Source: Dehalococcoidia bacterium (lineage in GTDB: Bacteria; Chloroflexota; Dehalococcoidia; Bin125). From it: 64,000 nt of DNA. The stretch spans positions 2,125,053 to 2,189,052 of the forward strand of contig OY820591.1 in assembly GCA_963555985.3 (NCBI GenBank). Reading direction: 5' to 3'. Each line of letters starts with the position of its first letter. Position 1 is the stretch's first letter. Under the pieces are notes generated by a model. The model had not been told where the DNA came from and made no database searches. It saw nothing but the letters and a program-made list of their open reading frames with translations. The position numbers were made by a program, and so were the translations under genes. This document shows positions 62,268 to 64,000 of this stretch, piece after piece.

Positions 62268-63401
62268 TCAGTCCAAGCCCCAGATCGCCTGGGCGTTCCC
62301 GCCCACGATCTTCTGCGCGTCCTCGATCGAGTCGGTCGCGTCGAACACGTCCCAGAGGCTTTGCTGCGCGTAGCCGACCGCGCTTTCGGGGTGCGGGTAG
62401 TCGCTGCCCCAGAGCACCTTGTCGACGCCGATCAGGTCGAGCTGGCGCAGGCCGGACGGATCCTCGATGAAGGTCGCGTAGCAGTTCTCGAACCAGTAGT
62501 GGCTGGGCTTGTTCGCCAGCTTCGGCGTCATCTCGCTCTCGAACGAGGCGTACACCTTGTCGCAATCGAACAGGCAGCTCGGCACCCAGGAAATACCGCC
62601 CTCGGTGAAGACCACCTTGAGGCCGGGGTTGCGCTCAAAAATGCCCGCGAAGGCCAGCAGCGCGAACAGCCGCCGGAACGGCTGGAACGCCACCACGATC
62701 GTCGTCGCCAGCCCGCCCTGACCGCGAGCGTCGAACGTCTCGCCCACGTGGAAGCTGAGCGGCAGGCCCGACTCGCCGATCGCCTTCCACATCGGCTCCA
62801 GCGCGCGCGCGTTGTAGTACACCTTCGCGTGCGGCGGCGGCAGCGAGGGCATCAGCACGCCCTTGAACCCCAGCGCCTTAATCTTCTGCAGCTCGTCCTC
62901 GGTCCGCTCGGGGTCCCAGTAGTTGAGCAGAGCGAGGCCGTGCAGCTTGTCGGGGTACTCCGCGCAAAACTCGGCCAGCATCTCGTTGTAGGCGTCCATG
63001 CAGGCCTGGATGTAGTCGAAATCCTGGTTCCGAATCACACCCAACATCCGCTGCGGGAACAGGATCTCCTGATCCACGCCCTCGCGCGAGATCTCCTCCA
63101 CACGAATGCCCGCGTCCCACATCCCCGCCCGGCCCTCGATCATCTCCGAAGGCATTGCCGGGTTGTCGGTCGTCTGACCGTCGATCTCCATGTGGAAGCC
63201 GCGCTCGTTGAACACCCCGCGCGGCGCCCGGTCGCGGTACTTGGCCGGCATTCGATCGACGAATGCGCCCGTCTCCAGCCAGTGGCTGTCGGCCGAGATC
63301 ACGGTCGTGCCCGCAGGCAGCGGTCGTTGCGTCGCCGGCAATTCGCGCTGGTTCGGCCAAGGCAGAGGATCGGTGCTGATGCTGCTCAGAGTCGTGGTCA
63401 T
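62268..63401 (-). CDS. Amidohydrolase-2 family protein (ACMSD/metal-dependent decarboxylase or hydrolase type)
   Basis: VISADSHWLE metal-binding start, LSFHVGE, VVFTEGGISW and WGSDYPHPES match the amidohydrolase_2 pattern. Confidence 0.75.
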   Translation of the reverse strand: MTTTLSSISTDPLPWPNQRELPATQRPLPAGTTVISADSHWLETGAFVDRMPAKYRDRAPRGVFNERGFHMEIDGQTTDNPAMPSEMIEGRAGMWDAGIRVEEISREGVDQEILFPQRMLGVIRNQDFDYIQACMDAYNEMLAEFCAEYPDKLHGLALLNYWDPERTEDELQKIKALGFKGVLMPSLPPPHAKVYYNARALEPMWKAIGESGLPLSFHVGETFDARGQGGLATTIVVAFQPFRRLFALLAFAGIFERNPGLKVVFTEGGISWVPSCLFDCDKVYASFESEMTPKLANKPSHYWFENCYATFIEDPSGLRQLDLIGVDKVLWGSDYPHPESAVGYAQQSLWDVFDATDSIEDAQKIVGGNAQAIWGLD

Positions 63402-63509
63402 GGATTGTGGTCCGTTCGCTGCGGGACGTGCGAGTGTGTCATGAGTCTCACAAACAGGATACCGCCCTCAAGCACAGCGCTTGACCGTTTCACGGTTAGC
63501 CTGCGCAGC

Positions 63510-64000
63510 ATGGCTGTCGAAGCGACAACGTATGAGCCGCAGGGCGCGAAACGACGGCGGATTGGGCGCATCTACTACGGCTGGTACGTGCTCTTCGGCA
63601 TGGTCGTCGCGCTGATCGTCGCCGAGGGCGTCACGATCGGCTCACTCAGCGCCTACACCGAGCCGCTCGAGAACCACTTCGGCTGGTCCCGCCGAGACGT
63701 CTCGATGGGCTTCTCGGTCACGGTCGGCACGATTGGCCTCTTCGCGCCCTTCATTGGCAGGCTGATTGACGTCGTCGGCCCGCGCCGCCTGATGCTGATC
63801 GGCGCGCCCCTCTGCGGCGCGGCCTTCGTCCTGCTCGCCTTCATGACCCAGCTCTGGCATTGGTACGTCTACCTCGGCGTCTCCTCGCTGGCCCTGGGAA
63901 TGATCGCCTACATCCCCGCCCAGGCGCTGGCGGTGCGTTGGTTCGACCGCCGCCGCGCGGTGGCGCTCAGCATCATCGGCGCCTCCGTCTGGATGGGCCA
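63510..64000 (+). CDS. MFS transporter (oxalate/formate antiporter-like), N-terminal part, runs off window end
   Basis: ATG 63510. My translation is MAVEATTYEPQGAKRRRIGRIYYGWYVLFGMVVALIV...GRLIDVVGPRRLMLIGAP...VRWFDRRRAV, with TM helices and MFS loop motifs. Not in the ORF track because it is open-ended. Confidence 0.7.
   Translation, partial: MAVEATTYEPQGAKRRRIGRIYYGWYVLFGMVVALIVAEGVTIGSLSAYTEPLENHFGWSRRDVSMGFSVTVGTIGLFAPFIGRLIDVVGPRRLMLIGAPLCGAAFVLLAFMTQLWHWYVYLGVSSLALGMIAYIPAQALAVRWFDRRRAVALSIIGASVWMG

Noticed and set aside
1-64000. tRNA, rRNA or tmRNA genes anywhere in the window
   Set aside because: A visual search for T-arm signatures (GGTTCGAATCC/GGTTCGATTCC-like with a flanking acceptor stem) found only coincidental matches inside coding sequence or the GTTCG arrays. 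No rRNA-like conserved blocks were seen.

Overview
GC-rich bacterial chromosomal segment with about 61 protein-coding genes. I found no rRNA, tRNA or CRISPR array. The coding content is mostly paralogue-expanded catabolic enzymes. There are nine family III (CaiB/BaiF/Frc-type) CoA-transferase domains: two adjacent gene pairs, two two-domain fusions and one single gene. There are also two luciferase-like (LLM) oxidoreductases, three HSL-type esterases, further alpha/beta hydrolases, two SDRs, an acyl-CoA synthetase, an enoyl-CoA hydratase, a methylmalonyl-CoA epimerase-like VOC protein, a biotin carboxylase/BCCP subunit, an amidohydrolase and MFS transporters. Peptidases are PepN, an M24B Xaa-Pro peptidase, S9 DPP-IV, an M20 enzyme, a retropepsin-like protein and an HExxH protein. 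Housekeeping genes include coaE, tag, rmuC and a PurO-like gene. Four small toxin-antitoxin loci are present: HigBA, two PIN modules and one internally deleted PIN. The gene content (F420-type LLM, SCO1664-family, DinB, CoA-transferase expansion) suggests Chloroflexota (SAR202-like) or Actinomycetota, but that is inference only. Five observations look most interesting. (1) In every CoA-transferase pair or fusion, exactly one half keeps the catalytic Asp position, and the fused gene 35130..37532 is collinear with the split pair 48532..51034. (2) An unnamed DGRVEVGLQQ-type module is shared by three tandem membrane-anchored binding-protein-like paralogues and is duplicated in an HExxH protein. 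(3) Intergenic regions are mosaics of several palindromic/MITE-like repeat families, including a family of 10-nt phased word arrays lying directly upstream of genes, with one copy inside an ORF. (4) A DUF559 nuclease gene is bracketed by inverted repeat copies. (5) A J-domain/flavin-reductase fusion gene is bracketed by direct repeat copies. All calls come from reading the translations and the sequence by eye; no database search was run.
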